Assembly: GCF_964194155.1 (NCBI RefSeq)
Contig: NC_135899.1
Span: forward strand, 62,000,001 to 62,064,000
DNA: 64,000 bases
Source: Cetorhinus maximus
Taxonomy: Eukaryota
Reading direction: 5' to 3'
The notes under the pieces: generated by a model
What the model saw: only the letters and a program-made list of their open reading frames with translations
The model's database searches: none
Told to the model about the DNA's origin: nothing
Translations under genes and position numbers: made by a program
Part shown: one piece after another, positions 1-12,022 of the stretch
How positions within the stretch are numbered: position 1 is the first letter of the stretch
Layout: the number at the start of each line of letters is the position of its first letter

Positions 1-159
1 AATTTGACACTGTGCATCAGGAATTTCAATGAACCACGGTATGATATCTCCCCTCTGTGATTGGGTCATGAAGTAGAAAGATATAGAATGAATGAAGGTT
101 CTGGACCAAAGCAAAGATGGTCTAATTATACATCCAGAAGCACCAACAGTACAGAAGTA

Positions 160-503
160 CAGTACAATGTCTCAAAACCGGTCACCTCGGAACTGAGGCT
201 GTGCTGGATTTCGGATTTTGTTGGAGTTCGGGTTGGTCTGTTCAGGCCATGGGCAGTTTGGGGCAGGCCACGTCAAGTGAGATTAAAGGTCTCTTGGAGC
301 GCAGGAATAGACCAACGTGCAAGTGGTGAAATGAATAACTGGTCTGGCACCACACTGCAACAATGTAGCGCCCAGCCAAATTGCCCAGGTAAGTTAATTT
401 TATTTTAGTTTGCACAATTAAAATTGATGCATGGCACATTTGGAAAATGTCCAGTTTTTAGACAATCCTGATTTTGGACAGCGGATTTGAGACACTGTAC
501 CTG
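160..503. mobile_element. Tc1/mariner (Tigger/pogo-like) MITE
   Basis: Left end CAG-TACAATGTCTCAAAACCG matches the reverse complement of the right end CAGGTACAGTGTCTCAAATCCG. TA lies on both sides (158-159, 504-505). Confidence 0.8.
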
Positions 504-574
504 TACTTCAAATCCTGGGAATAGCAAAGAGTACAACACTTCTATGTAAAATTAGCAAGATTCATAACTGGGTA

Positions 575-608
575 ATATATTTATATGTATATATATATTT
601 TATATATT
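575..608. repeat. Imperfect (TA)n microsatellite
   Basis: Sequence reads aatatatttatatgtatatatatattttatatatt. Confidence 0.8.
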
Positions 609-3424
609 AAAAAAATAAGACGGGTTTAAACAGAACTTTTTGATAATGTTGTGCAGTGTAGGATGAATTCCGATATTTTATCACAAATTTGCTCACACTG
701 GGACTGGCTATAAATACCAATTGGCAATTCTGTTTTTGAACTGTACTAAAAATATTAACGGTAAAGAATCCAATTATTGGACTTGATATAAAAATAATGT
801 ATTCCTAACTAAATTTGAAAATGGTTTGCTATTTTTGGTCAATTTTTATCAACCATCAAAATGGCACTACAGATTGCTAAATCATATCTATAGAATATAA
901 TAGCACAGGGGTCTATTTGGAGCCTAACATTGGTGTGTCGGTGATTCAAAACTATTTGGGGCCCTGGGAAGACATTGTCACAATTATGTATAAATGACTT
1001 TGGACTGCTTGGGGCATAGAAATGCACATGAGGATTGTAGAAACAAAAGCTTGGATTACATAGCATGTCTGCCTTCATGATAATCCTAAAATATATTGTG
1101 AATGATTTGTTGGCTGCATGTCCATCATTTTTCGCAGCTGGAGGGGTGCTGGAAAAACATTGTGAATGAAGTGCTATGAAGGACATAAACATTGTAGGTG
1201 ATTATGGATTATAGTCAACGATGACCCAAACATGACAAGTCCATCCCTAGGATTGCATTATTTCTCAGTCACGTGTTTGGGTCATTTTTTAAAATAAGAA
1301 TTATGGGAAATAGCTTCAGTAAATCAAAATCTTCATTTGAAATGTAAATAAAATAAATTACTGTGAGACCTTATCATATCAACTTTCACATATTTCTCCA
1401 AAATATTCAGCGATCAGATTGCCTCCTCGTTGAATTTACTCTATTGTTGAATAATTACCGTTCCTGATGTTTTAAAAGTTCAAATATTTTTGTATTAATT
1501 TCTTCTTCCATATCAAGTATCATTTGTATATAAAATATTAATGCCGATATCATGTATGAATTTCTCAAAGTCAATGATTAGGTATGCAAGTGTATACACT
1601 AAAGATGTTCTACTAAATATCTTGAATGTTATTAATTGATCATTACCTTCAGATCCTGGCCTGCACTGGTCTCTGGACATATGTTGGATATAATTTTGCA
1701 TTGCTTTTCACAATTCTATTACCATAGTGCAATATGTAAAAGGGCTGCATGAAACAATTGGACAACTGCTCGCTCTGAACAATAAACCTCAGTTTTTGCA
1801 TAACTAACCTCAAAAATGCATGAGACCCTGGAAATTGAAACAAAACAGACTAACCTGGGAATGAGATGGATTCTCCTTGAATGCAATATTTTCTAACTTG
1901 TAAGTTAGCCTCATAATAACTTAGCCAGTCATATGCTATTCAGTATGGCAAGCTTGTATAAATATTTTATTTCATGTAAGCAAACCATTTATACCATTAA
2001 CCAAAACAAAAATGCATCCTAAAGGTAATGGAATAACAGGTTCTGTTCACCGTTTTGGATTCCAGTGGAATTATTGAAGATATTTGAAGCTATAAAAGAT
2101 GAAAATGTCATGATTCAGTGACTTGAAACAGATGAAGGTCATTTTGTTCAATGTATTTCAATAAACCAAGCCCTTAGTTGAGCATATATCAAACAACAGT
2201 GCACCATTATGACAAAAAAAAATTCATACACTGGTATGAATTGAAGAAGTAGGTCCCATGCTACAGTTGAATCTTGATACCTGTGCACACCCAAAATAAT
2301 GAATTAACCTAATCTTTGTTTTACTGAATGCACATTTTTTCTTCTTTATTCATGGTAATTCTCAAGGTAAGATTGATTGGTGTTGTTCAACATTGTGTTT
2401 CAACATAGTGAATTCAACATTGTTCCACTTTCACAACACCTCAGGTGAGATTTGTAGTTGACGTTCATCCTACACCACCCAATGATATGCTTTACCTTAA
2501 CTTCATAAGTTAAGATGTATTGCACCGGGGTGTCATTTCTATTTCCTCCCTCAGCCATTCTTATAACTAATGACTATCAAATTAATGAGATCTTTGTACT
2601 ATTGACTCCTGCAAAGTGGAAAATCTGATGAATCTGCCCAAACTCACCTTATCGGGATTCTAGCAAACACCAAAGGGGGAAACTTTCATTACATTATTTG
2701 CAACCCAATCCAAAACTGAAAAGATTGTTTCTTAATCCACTGCACCTACTGCTTACTATTAATGTGATGAAGTAGGCCAACATCAAAACGTATCTTGCCT
2801 TTTTTCTTGTGGATAAACAAAGATTAAAAGAACAATCTGGGAATGAATGGAGAACAAATGATTAAATCACTGCATGATTTATGAGATAGTAAGAAAATCT
2901 TTGACTCCTGAAAACATGAAGGATATATATTGGCATAAGTAAGAAACAAAGCACATTGGAGATTAAAGAGAAAAATTCTACCTGTCTGATTAGCTAAACC
3001 ATAGAAATACCAATTTAATTCATTGAAGCTAGGCGGATATGAGATGTTAGTGATGGGTGCTTAGAATTCCATTGTTGAAAATCATCTCCTTTTTCCATAC
3101 CCTATTAATTATAAATCATTTCAATTATTCCTCATTTTAAGTCTTTTTAACTTAAAGTACTTGAAGTTGATTCTCTTTTTCTTTTGGATCTTAGACTGGC
3201 CAAATAAGCTCATTATCTGCATAAAATATTGCACTAATGAAATATTTATGTACCATATTAGGAAAGATTGTTAGTGGGGGTATAAATTATAGATTGTAAA
3301 GCCTTTTAGGAAAGAGTGGATGGTTTCTCTAAGATTTAGATAAACTTTGCTGAGATCAGAAGTTAACTCGCTACTAATAAATAAACCGAGTTTTTACAGT
3401 AGCTTGACATCATAATCATAAAGA

Positions 3425-3778
3425 AAAAAAGGAACTTGCATTCATATACCACCCTTCATGACATTCCAAAGTGGTTTACTGCCAATGAATTATTTCTGAA
3501 GTATAGTTACTGTAGTAGTGTAGGAAATGCAGCAGTCAATTTGTGCATAGCAAGCTCCCGCAAGCAGCAATGTGATAATGACCAGAAAATCTTTTTTCAA
3601 TGTTTTTGATTGAGAGATAAATATTGGGAAAAATACCAGGGATAAACCCCCCTGTTTTCCTTTGAAGTAATGTCATGGGATCTTTTAAACCCAACTGAGA
3701 AAGCAGAAAGGAGTTTAGTTTAATATGTCATTTGAAATATAGCATCTCCTTGATATTGGAATGCCAGCTTTGATTTTT
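3425..3778 (-). mobile_element. Deu-domain SINE (AmnSINE1/SacSINE1-like), degraded
   Basis: Recalled Deu-SINE motifs in reverse orientation (gagagataaatattgg...catgggatcttttaaacccaactgag...gtttaatatgtcatttgaaa). Similar to the copies at 23510-23875 and 54275-54600. Confidence 0.65.
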
Positions 3779-3789
3779 GTACTCAATTT

Positions 3790-4805
3790 CTAATCACAAT
3801 TGTACTAATTTTGGAGACTTTCAAGAGACAGTATTGCAGGACAGATTTGTGTGCAGTTTGAAAAGTGAATGCATTCACAGTAAGTTGCTGACATTGCCAA
3901 AGTTAACCTTCGACGTAGCTTGTCAAAGAGCATTGTCCATGGACTTGGTGGAACGTGACTCGAGAGAAGTCAGTGTGAACCACTGCCAATCGTCTGCTGA
4001 AGTAAATAAGCTGCAGCTGAAAAAGTTGAAGGCCCCATTGAAGGCAGTTAGTAGTAGCAGTGACACTACAAAGTCCTATCACTGGTGCTTTTGCCAACAC
4101 TGGGCGCAGAATTGTCCGTCTCTGAAGGCAGAGTGCTACAGCTGCAAGAAAAGTCATCTTACCAAGGCATGTTGAAAGAAGGTAAATGGAAAAACCGCTG
4201 GCTGGAGGGAACGGCAGCCACTGCATATGGTTGTCGAACAGCAGCAGGTCAATGCGGAGTCAGTTGAGATCCATACAATGTGAAGCACAAGGATGTCTAA
4301 TGGAAATTTGCAGGGCATTGGGACCAAGTGGCATTGCATGAATCTTTGGTAAACATAGAGGTCAGCATGGGTGCATCAGTCAGCGTGATTCCTGAATTGC
4401 TGTATCTTGATAAGTTGAGTCAACATCAGCTGGAGATATCATGCATTGAATTACAAGGTTATGGAGGAAAGAAAATTCACATCGTTGGAAGTGTGTTGGT
4501 TCCAGTCACATGTAATGAGCAATGTGCAACATTGCCCATCATTGTGTTGAAGGGTCAAAAACCAGCCTTTTAGGAAGAAACTGGTTAGCAGCACTTAAGT
4601 TAAATTGGAACGGTTTTTTTGTGTTAAAGCGTAATTCACGTTGCACGATCATGTGATTGACAAGTATCCTCAGGTGTTTAGTGAATCCAGCTAACCGATT
4701 GAAGGATATGAGATAAATGTACAGGTTCAGAGGACTGCCCGACCAGTTTATAGCAGACCTCATCCAGTATCCTATGCTCTAGGGGGGAAAGTAGAGCAAG
4801 AGCAC
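3790..4805 (+). pseudogene. Gypsy/Ty3 retrotransposon gag-protease fragment (no LTRs seen)
   Basis: Gag-like ORF (LQDRFVCSLKSECIHSKLL...LTFDVACQRA) followed by CCHC-like knuckle remnants (CPSLKAECYSCKKSHLTKAC). A degenerate protease follows (MGASVSVIP...LGRNWL), broken by frameshifts and stops. Confidence 0.85.
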
Positions 4806-4815
4806 TGAGAACATT

Positions 4816-5770
4816 GGCCTGGATTTTCACAGAGTCAGGAGTCCTTCAAAAATGGCAGATGGGTCCTGATTCTGGGATTCCTAAACCCATTCCCAGGATG
4901 CCTGATTTTTGGGAATGCCTTTAAAGGGTTTGGGCTGATTCCTGTCAAAAGCCCACATCTGGCACTCCTGACCTGGTTGGCTGCTTTGCGAGGATAGGCA
5001 TGTCATGCTCCTTCGCAGCTTTCATGGAGTCGGGCCAGGTTTTTAGAGTCATGGTTCACAGCCCCTCAGAGGAGTTGTAAACCTCTATTTGCATGAAGGG
5101 ACCTTTTAAAAAGTAAATTCAAAAGGTCATCCTCATTCTGCCTATTCCAAGTTATGCCTCCCCATCTGGTCCATGGCACTTTATGCCCCCTATGCCAACT
5201 CTGTTCTTCAACCTACTCCCCAAATCCTCTCATTACCCCTATGCCAAGCTCTGCCCTTTCACCCATCCCTAAGCCCCCCCATGCCCACTATGCCAAGCTA
5301 TTGCGCTTCTATGCCCATTGACCTTCTGTACACTTTCTTGAACCATTGAACCCTATAGTGTATAGTGTGATGTGTGAAAAAAACAAGAAATGTAAGTCAT
5401 TGATAACTTTATCCTATGTTGAAAAATAAGTTTGCACTGCAAGCTAATAGAGTGTCCATCATCCAAGCCCTTTAGACTATCAAAAACCACAAACCATTGA
5501 ATCACTTAACTTGTGTAAACAAACAATGTGAAATTGACAGCAGAGATGGAGAGCCTGAGTTGTCAAATCAAACAATGTTTCCTCTGTGGAGCAGTTGTCC
5601 TAGTACTCTAATAGCTGTCTGGGCTCTCAGCCAAACATACATAATGAGGCTTAGCTGAAAGCCTAGACAACCATTAGAGTTTGTTGAAACAGTTCAGAGT
5701 CAGACAGACATGTTTGATGAAGTGAAAAATTCAATTGACGGTCGAGGGTAAAATCAGTTTTTGTTGGAGA
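4816..5770. mobile_element. Harbinger-type non-autonomous element fragment, related to 48115-49426
   Basis: Starts with GGCCTGGATTTTCA. It shares the C-rich ccatgcc low-complexity block and the taatgaggc motif with 48115-49426. The right end is not resolved. Confidence 0.5.
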
Positions 5771-6035
5771 AATTTTCCTCAGAAGGCAGAATTTTTCTCT
5801 GATTGGGAGGGCATGCTCCCGACCCAGACGAGCGCATGTTGTCGAGCGAGCGTCCTGATGTCACCGTGCATTTGCACAATATTTCGGTTTATGTATATAA
5901 ACCAAAACTGGAATACACCAGTTGAGTTGGGTACCAGTGTTTTAGTCCTGACAAGCTATCTCACAATCTACATGGGCCATTCTAAACCATAGTAAATTTT
6001 GAAAGATCACAACCACTATCTCTAGGGCTACCTAG

Positions 6036-6985
6036 AATGCCAGGATGTGGGCTACCAGGTCCAGGGGATTTGTCAGCTCTTAGTCCTTTTAATTGCCCTA
6101 GAACTTATTCTCTACAGATATTAATTACTTTAGGTTCCTCACTTTCATTTTCCCCTTGGTTCCCCTTTATTTGCATTATGCTTTTTGTTATCTCTTCTAT
6201 AAAAGCCGACACAAGGTATTTGTTTAACACCATTGCCATTTTCCTCAGAAGGCAGAATTTTTCTCTCGTTGGGAGGGATGCGCCCGACCCGGACGAGCAC
6301 ATGTCGTCGAGTGAGCGTCCCGACGTCACTGTGCACTTGCACAATATTTTGGTTGGTGGGTGCGTGTGGGAGTTGGCATTGTGCCCGCCGACAATTAAGT
6401 GGCCTATTAAGGCCCTTAATCAATTAGTTGACTAGAATTTTTCACTGCCCGTCCAACTATTTGATTGGCAGGCGGGCAAAAAGGCCAAGCGGCCTTTGCA
6501 TTTTTGGTGAAACCATCCACGGGCGGGACGTGGTTTCAACCAGTGATTAAAAGAAAACATAAAACATTTTAACACTCATATTTAACATGTCCCTGCTCAT
6601 GTGATAGAGTCACATGAGGGGACATGTTTTCATTATTTTTAATATGTTTATTTTTTATTTTAAAAATCTTCAGCTCCCTGAGACACAGAGCTGCCTCAGG
6701 GAGCTTTTACTGGGAGCACTCGCGCAAACCTCCACTTGTGCCCTCCTCCCACCCCTACCCCAGCAGCTCTGAGCACTGCAGTGTGAGATTCACACTGGCT
6801 GGTCGTTAATTGGCCAGCCAGTGAGAAATCGCATTTGGAGCCTGATCGCAGAGCCAACTGCTCCTGGGCCCACCCGCCATGCCCGCCTGATGACCAGAAA
6901 ACCCTGGCCAAAATTTCTCCTGCCTCTGTCTCCAAAGGACCAATGGTTACTTTTGTTGCACCCTTCCTTTATATCCACTTAAAGG
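6036..6985 (-). mobile_element. CR1 LINE ORF2 fragment, interrupted by a MITE
   Basis: Reverse-complemented CR1 pre-RT sequence (ccaggtccaggggatttgtc...gtatttgtttaacaccattgccatt) resumes after 6909 (aatttctcctgcctctgtctccaaaggacc). Confidence 0.7.
6250..6909. mobile_element. Harbinger-type MITE (same family as 62835-63507, opposite orientation)
   Basis: Ends are AGGCAGAATTTTT and GAAAACCCTGGCC. The element is CpG-rich, has internal hairpins at 6584-6628 and 6672-6705, and is colinear in reverse with 62835-63507. Confidence 0.75.
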
Positions 6986-8089
6986 GGATTTTTCTCTTTC
7001 TAAGTCAAACGTATATGACTCACGAGTTATTCTTCAGCCACAGAATAAATATAGTAATCAACAACTTTCTGTGTATAGTGCTCTAATTCTGGGATGAGAA
7101 AAATGCTCCTTTTGGGTCTTTCTTTTCCATTACCCTTATCCCCTCCCCCCTACCATAGAGATAGTGAAAATGCATTATTTATTTGACATACATAACATGT
7201 AAAAAAATTGCTCACAAGCTTCCCCAGGACTTTAAGCTGTAATGCCTACAAAGGTACAAGTTAATCATCAGTATTCTTTTTTCAATCTCATCTTTCTGAC
7301 CATCCATAATTGAAACAACAGATTTTCCATTTCTCTTTCTGTTCACCTTTGGATTGGAACGTTTAACCACTCCGTGTATTCCTTTGACTGCTCATCATAT
7401 ATGTGCTTCTCCAGTACCCAGTTCGATCTGTTATATTATTGCTGCCCAGAGAAGACTACTCTTTTCTTTTGACTTTCACACAATCTCTCTACTTCTTTGC
7501 TATTAGATTCAATTATTGGTTGATTGCTCTTCAAGTGTAGTTCTTAGGTGTATCCTGAGGAGGACTAAAAACACAAACTATTGTTTCTGGAGCCCTGTTT
7601 CCAATTTTTAAGGCAGAAAAGAGGTCACAACACATTACAACTTTGGAGGGTGTATTATTTAGAAAATGAATAAATAATATAGTTGTATCGGAATAGGATC
7701 TCTATTGCTCTGAAATTTAGTAGGACAAACAATTTTCTACTATTCCATAAGCATATTATATGATTTACATGATGTTACAATTCATGTCCAAATTTGCCAC
7801 AAAAATAGAATTGTCTTGAATTTATTGTGCAGCTTGTTCTTCCCTGTAAAGATGTGATGCACAGGATAAATGCCGCATGCTGTAGCCGAGGACATGAACA
7901 GTTTTGGTAATCAACAAGAGACTGGCTTTCTATTGAACCTGCAGTAATGATATCATGATGGCTAATCTTCCTGAATGAGAATCAAAGCATGCTGACTGGC
8001 AGCCTCTGATAGAAAGGATATAGAACAAAACAATCATAAGAAACTTTGAAACAGTGCATGATACCAGTACTCAGATTCACTCATAAGCC

Positions 8090-8335
8090 TTTGATGACTT
8101 ACCTGATCTCTGTTGAGGCAGTAGGGGCATTTTAGCAGGCCCTGGATTGCAAGAAAAATTTATCCTGGGTTCCTAACCTTGGTTACTATCCAGCCCCATC
8201 CGTTGGAAGTGTACATTATTTGAATGATGATGAAGAAGGCATTGAGCTTGGCTGTGACACCCTATTATGGTCAGATAACTCTCAGACACTCACTGTCTAG
8301 GCTAAAAGCTGAAGAATGGCTATTTGGTTAGCACT
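8090..8335 (+). mobile_element. Ancient SINE, AmnSINE2-like
   Basis: Motifs ctgatctc...gcagtaggggc, tatccag, ggctgtga...gacactcactgtctaggct...gaagaatggc match my recollection of the AmnSINE2 consensus. Confidence 0.5.
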
Positions 8336-10914
8336 TTGAATGAAATACCTTCAGGAGAAGATGGGATTAAGTAGTGGTAATGGGGCCAGAATGACAATAC
8401 TTTCATTCCTAGTGTTAAGGAATAGATTTACATGCAAAATTCTCTGTGTTTCCAAATGTGGCTGTATTCACATGCTATGGAATCAAGGTTTTAATGTGGC
8501 CAAAAATGGGAAAGAAAGGTTACTCTCTCTCAAATGTATGAGTTATAAGTAAAAATAGTTTGTGTTTCTACTGAGCTAAATCTCATTGGTTAAAACTTAG
8601 CTGTAAAAAACGACTTGCACTAACTGGCACTCAATTGATAGTCTCATTCAGACAAGCCACAGGGTACCTATTATGTGGCAGCTGAATGGAACACTTGTGC
8701 TGAAAGGGCTGCTCTTAGTTTGGTATTGAAGCAGAGCTTTTCCTTAGATCCAGCCTGTGGTGTTCCTACTTTTGAGGTGCTGGATATAAATAGCAAAAAT
8801 GTGCAATGTTCTATAGCACTGATGAACCTCACCTTTCTAAACTTTCCTTCTTCCTCTTCCCCCCTCCTCTTCCAAATTACATTTTTGAATTACTTTTTTG
8901 CCAGTATATTGCAATGTTTATCATTACAGTATCTATTAAATTATGGGGCTCTACATTTATCAATTCTAGCTGTATATTTCCTGATTTTGTTTCTTTTGTG
9001 TGTATTGTTGCAGAGTTTTGTGTACTTTCATTCATATAAGTTATTATGTTAAAGATCTACGTGTGAGTGGATATGACAGGATAATCTTAGGTGACTGAAA
9101 AGAAGTATCAAGGGCATTCCTGTTCATGCTGATTTGGTGTAGAATAGGTTCTGACATTATCTGTCTTCTTGTGGCCTATGATTTTGATCACTTGTATCAC
9201 ACAATTCTTTTATTCCTCTATCCTTCATTTTGAATCCATGGAGTTATTCTCTAGTAATGCTTATAATTATGTGGTAAATCAGGGCCTGGCATACTGATAG
9301 GTGTTTTGGTTACAAGAGTTTGTAGAGATGATTTATATAGAGAGTCTTTATGCAGTTGGTAGCTGAGAGGATTGACTTCAGAACTCTGGTTTGTTTATCA
9401 AGTTCCAGTTTTGGATCGGATTTCTTTCTAATACATTAAGTACTTGTGACTTGTTTTACCTGGCAATCTCCCTACCTCATGTTAAAATATTGTTCTGTGC
9501 ATGGATTGTAGCCTAGAAAGAAGTATATTTAAAAATATAATTTAACACACTAATTCTGGTAAGTGTGTTTATTGGCAAGTTACAAGAAAAGGACTAAGGC
9601 TGACCAAGTTAAATATGACATTTGATAAAACAATCCATTAGTTCTGCCCGATTATTGATGGGAAGCCTGATGTGCTTGAATGGCTTTTGACACTGAGCTG
9701 AATGAGCCTTTTCTGGAAAGGCCCGTATGTGCGTGACCATGAAAGTGGATGGACTTCTATTTGTTTTCGTTTCCTTCAGCTCCAGAAGGAAGATGACGCT
9801 TCCGGTGTTTCAAAACCCATGATTCAAAAAAAAATAGGAACTCAATAACCCTCGACTTTGGCTAACATAAAGAAAAGCAGGATGCTTCAGATATATGTTG
9901 TACAGTTTAGCCAAGAAGCTTTTCCTCCATGTCATGTATTGTGATATGAGATATAGCTGTTTACAAAAATGGATGACAAGAATGCTAAGTTTGTATGTAA
10001 ACTAAAGTGAAATTTATTTGCTTCCATTTTAATCGAAGGTTAACATAAACAAATATAAAAGCCATTTGGAGCCTTGTGCAAATGGACCTAAGGTGCCTTG
10101 TTTCTGGTCCCACTGGAGATCAATAAATTCTTAGAATACAATAAGCAAGAATGTATAGCTTGTTATATCTTCAATTGCTTTGACACAGAGTGAAGCTTGG
10201 TGAAAAAGGCTGCAGAGTATGCATTTAGATCGTGGCCAGCATGTGGCATGTGAATTAATAATAGCACCATGTCCAGTGTTTCAAACCAAAACAGTGTTTT
10301 CTTGTGCTTCTGTTGTTTTTGTCAGAGCTGTTCCTTGCACTCCATCTGAACCTTTGTAAGTCAAATGCTTCAAGAAAGCACAAAGTTGAACCGTGTTTTC
10401 AAAGCCTCCCTGGGATAGCAATGAGGCACTCGTGACAAAGGATTGACTCTGGTGAATTGGTTTATGATTTCTGTTAACATTGCTCCGTGAACGTGTTGTT
10501 AGCCCATCAGCAGCTTTCTCATTTGAGCCTGATCCCTATTATTCTTAAATGGCATGTCCCTGCTTCGGGTGAATGTGGATGCTTTGCAAGCTGTTTCAGT
10601 ATTCTGACTTTGACGGATTTTCTACTAATGGAAAAATTCAATGTACAATAGTGAGATCACTTTCCTTACCTTTTTATTTCTGACTTCCAGAAAAAAAAAA
10701 TGTCTTAGGTTGAATTGAATTCTTGGGTCTTTCAGTTTCGAATTTGCCTATTACTATCAATGGGGATTAATAGAAAAGCCATATCTCCCTTTTTCTTTTT
10801 ATGTAGATTAATAAAAGGATCTATTTGCTTCTCAGACATGGGAACTGAGTTCTCTATGCAAGTATTTAATCAGAGGGGAGATGAGGAGAATTGATTTTAT
10901 GCTGTAAATTATTT

Positions 10915-11110
10915 CAAGCTGAAATGCATCACCTGAAAAGTGATGGAAGCAGATTCAATAGAAACATTCAAAAGGGAATTAGCAAAGTACTTAAAGGGTA
11001 AAAAAATTGTTGTGCTACAAGGAAAGAGTATCCGAGTGGGACAAATTGGATAGTTCTTTCAAAGAGCTGACACAGGTACAATGGGCCGAGTAACCTCCTC
11101 CTCCTATGCA
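10915..11110 (+). mobile_element. CR1 LINE 3' end
   Basis: ORF2 C-terminal and 3'UTR motifs: gatggaagcagattcaata...aaaagggaattag...aatgggccgagtaacctcct. Confidence 0.75.
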
Positions 11111-11760
11111 GTTTAATTTTCTGAAAAGTTGGTGTGCAGAATTGGGCCTCATTCTGTGGATGCTGTTCAGGTAATGCCCAGTGTCTTGGCCACCTATGCA
11201 GCCTGAGGCGTTACATTTTCATTCAATTTAAGGTGAAGTCCATGGGGATAGGGATAAGGTGGGGTGGAAGGGTTAAATTAGATAGTTCCTGCAAACTTGC
11301 ACAGGGGTCATGATGTGCAATTAACCCACACCCATTGATTGGAATATCAACTTTGTGTTGCCTGCTCATTTAAATAATCTCTACATCTCTATAGCTAGCA
11401 TTAACTGGGCTGCTCTTTGGCTGGATGCATCAGCAAGGGTCTAATACTGTGAGTGGGTCACACGACATAAAATTAGCCTGACTTCTGTGAAATGGATTGT
11501 AAAGCACAGTAACTGCAAATATCAGGACAAATCAGAATTATGATGACTCTTACACAAACTGCCTTACTTTCACTATCAACTCAGAATAGAAAATACTCTA
11601 ATAAAACAGTATCCCCTGATTTGATTGAGCTTTATCATTATGCCAGAACACTATCATTTTTACTGCAGCAACTATGTCAAGCACCACATTGGGAGATAAT
11701 ACAATCTTTTGATTTTCAGAGGTGTTGCTTTGGTTGACACCTCGAAATTCCAGCAATGCC

Positions 11761-12010
11761 TGTAAAGGTTTAACATGAGGAGCACCTGGTACTGATGTAA
11801 CCACTGATGTATTTATATTGCAATGCACATGATTGAGTAACTGAAATCTGGTGGGAAGCAGAAATACAACCCCGTGTACAGTACTCAGATGTATATAGAT
11901 CTGTAAATAAACAAGAATGTTTTTTATGAATAACAGTCTATGGTAGCATTCTTAGGAAATAGGCAAACCCTAAAGAAACTCCATCTAGACCCTGAACTCA
12001 ATACAAAACA
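11761..12010 (+). repeat. 5' LTR
   Basis: Runs tgtaaaggtttaacatgagg...tcaatacaaaaca, contains AATAAA, and aligns with 17826-18070 with many substitutions. Confidence 0.92.
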
Positions 12011-12022
12011 TGGTGGCAGTGG
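12011..12022 (+). promoter_or_regulatory. Primer-binding site, tRNA-Leu-like
   Basis: TGGTGGCAGTGG lies immediately after the LTR. It is one CpG-type change from TGGTGGCAGCGG, the complement of the tRNA-Leu 3' end. Confidence 0.7.

Noticed and set aside
1647-1828. Minus-strand AG/GT-bounded exon candidate
   Set aside because: Good acceptor, but the long frame stops just before the donor and there is no homology. A non-coding exon cannot be excluded.
2385-2425. Three copies of TTCAACATWGT
   Set aside because: A short degenerate tandem repeat without spacers; too small to interpret.
9760-9850. Acceptor-like ttccttcag followed by LQKEDDASGV
   Set aside because: No convincing donor, early stop, no recognised homology.
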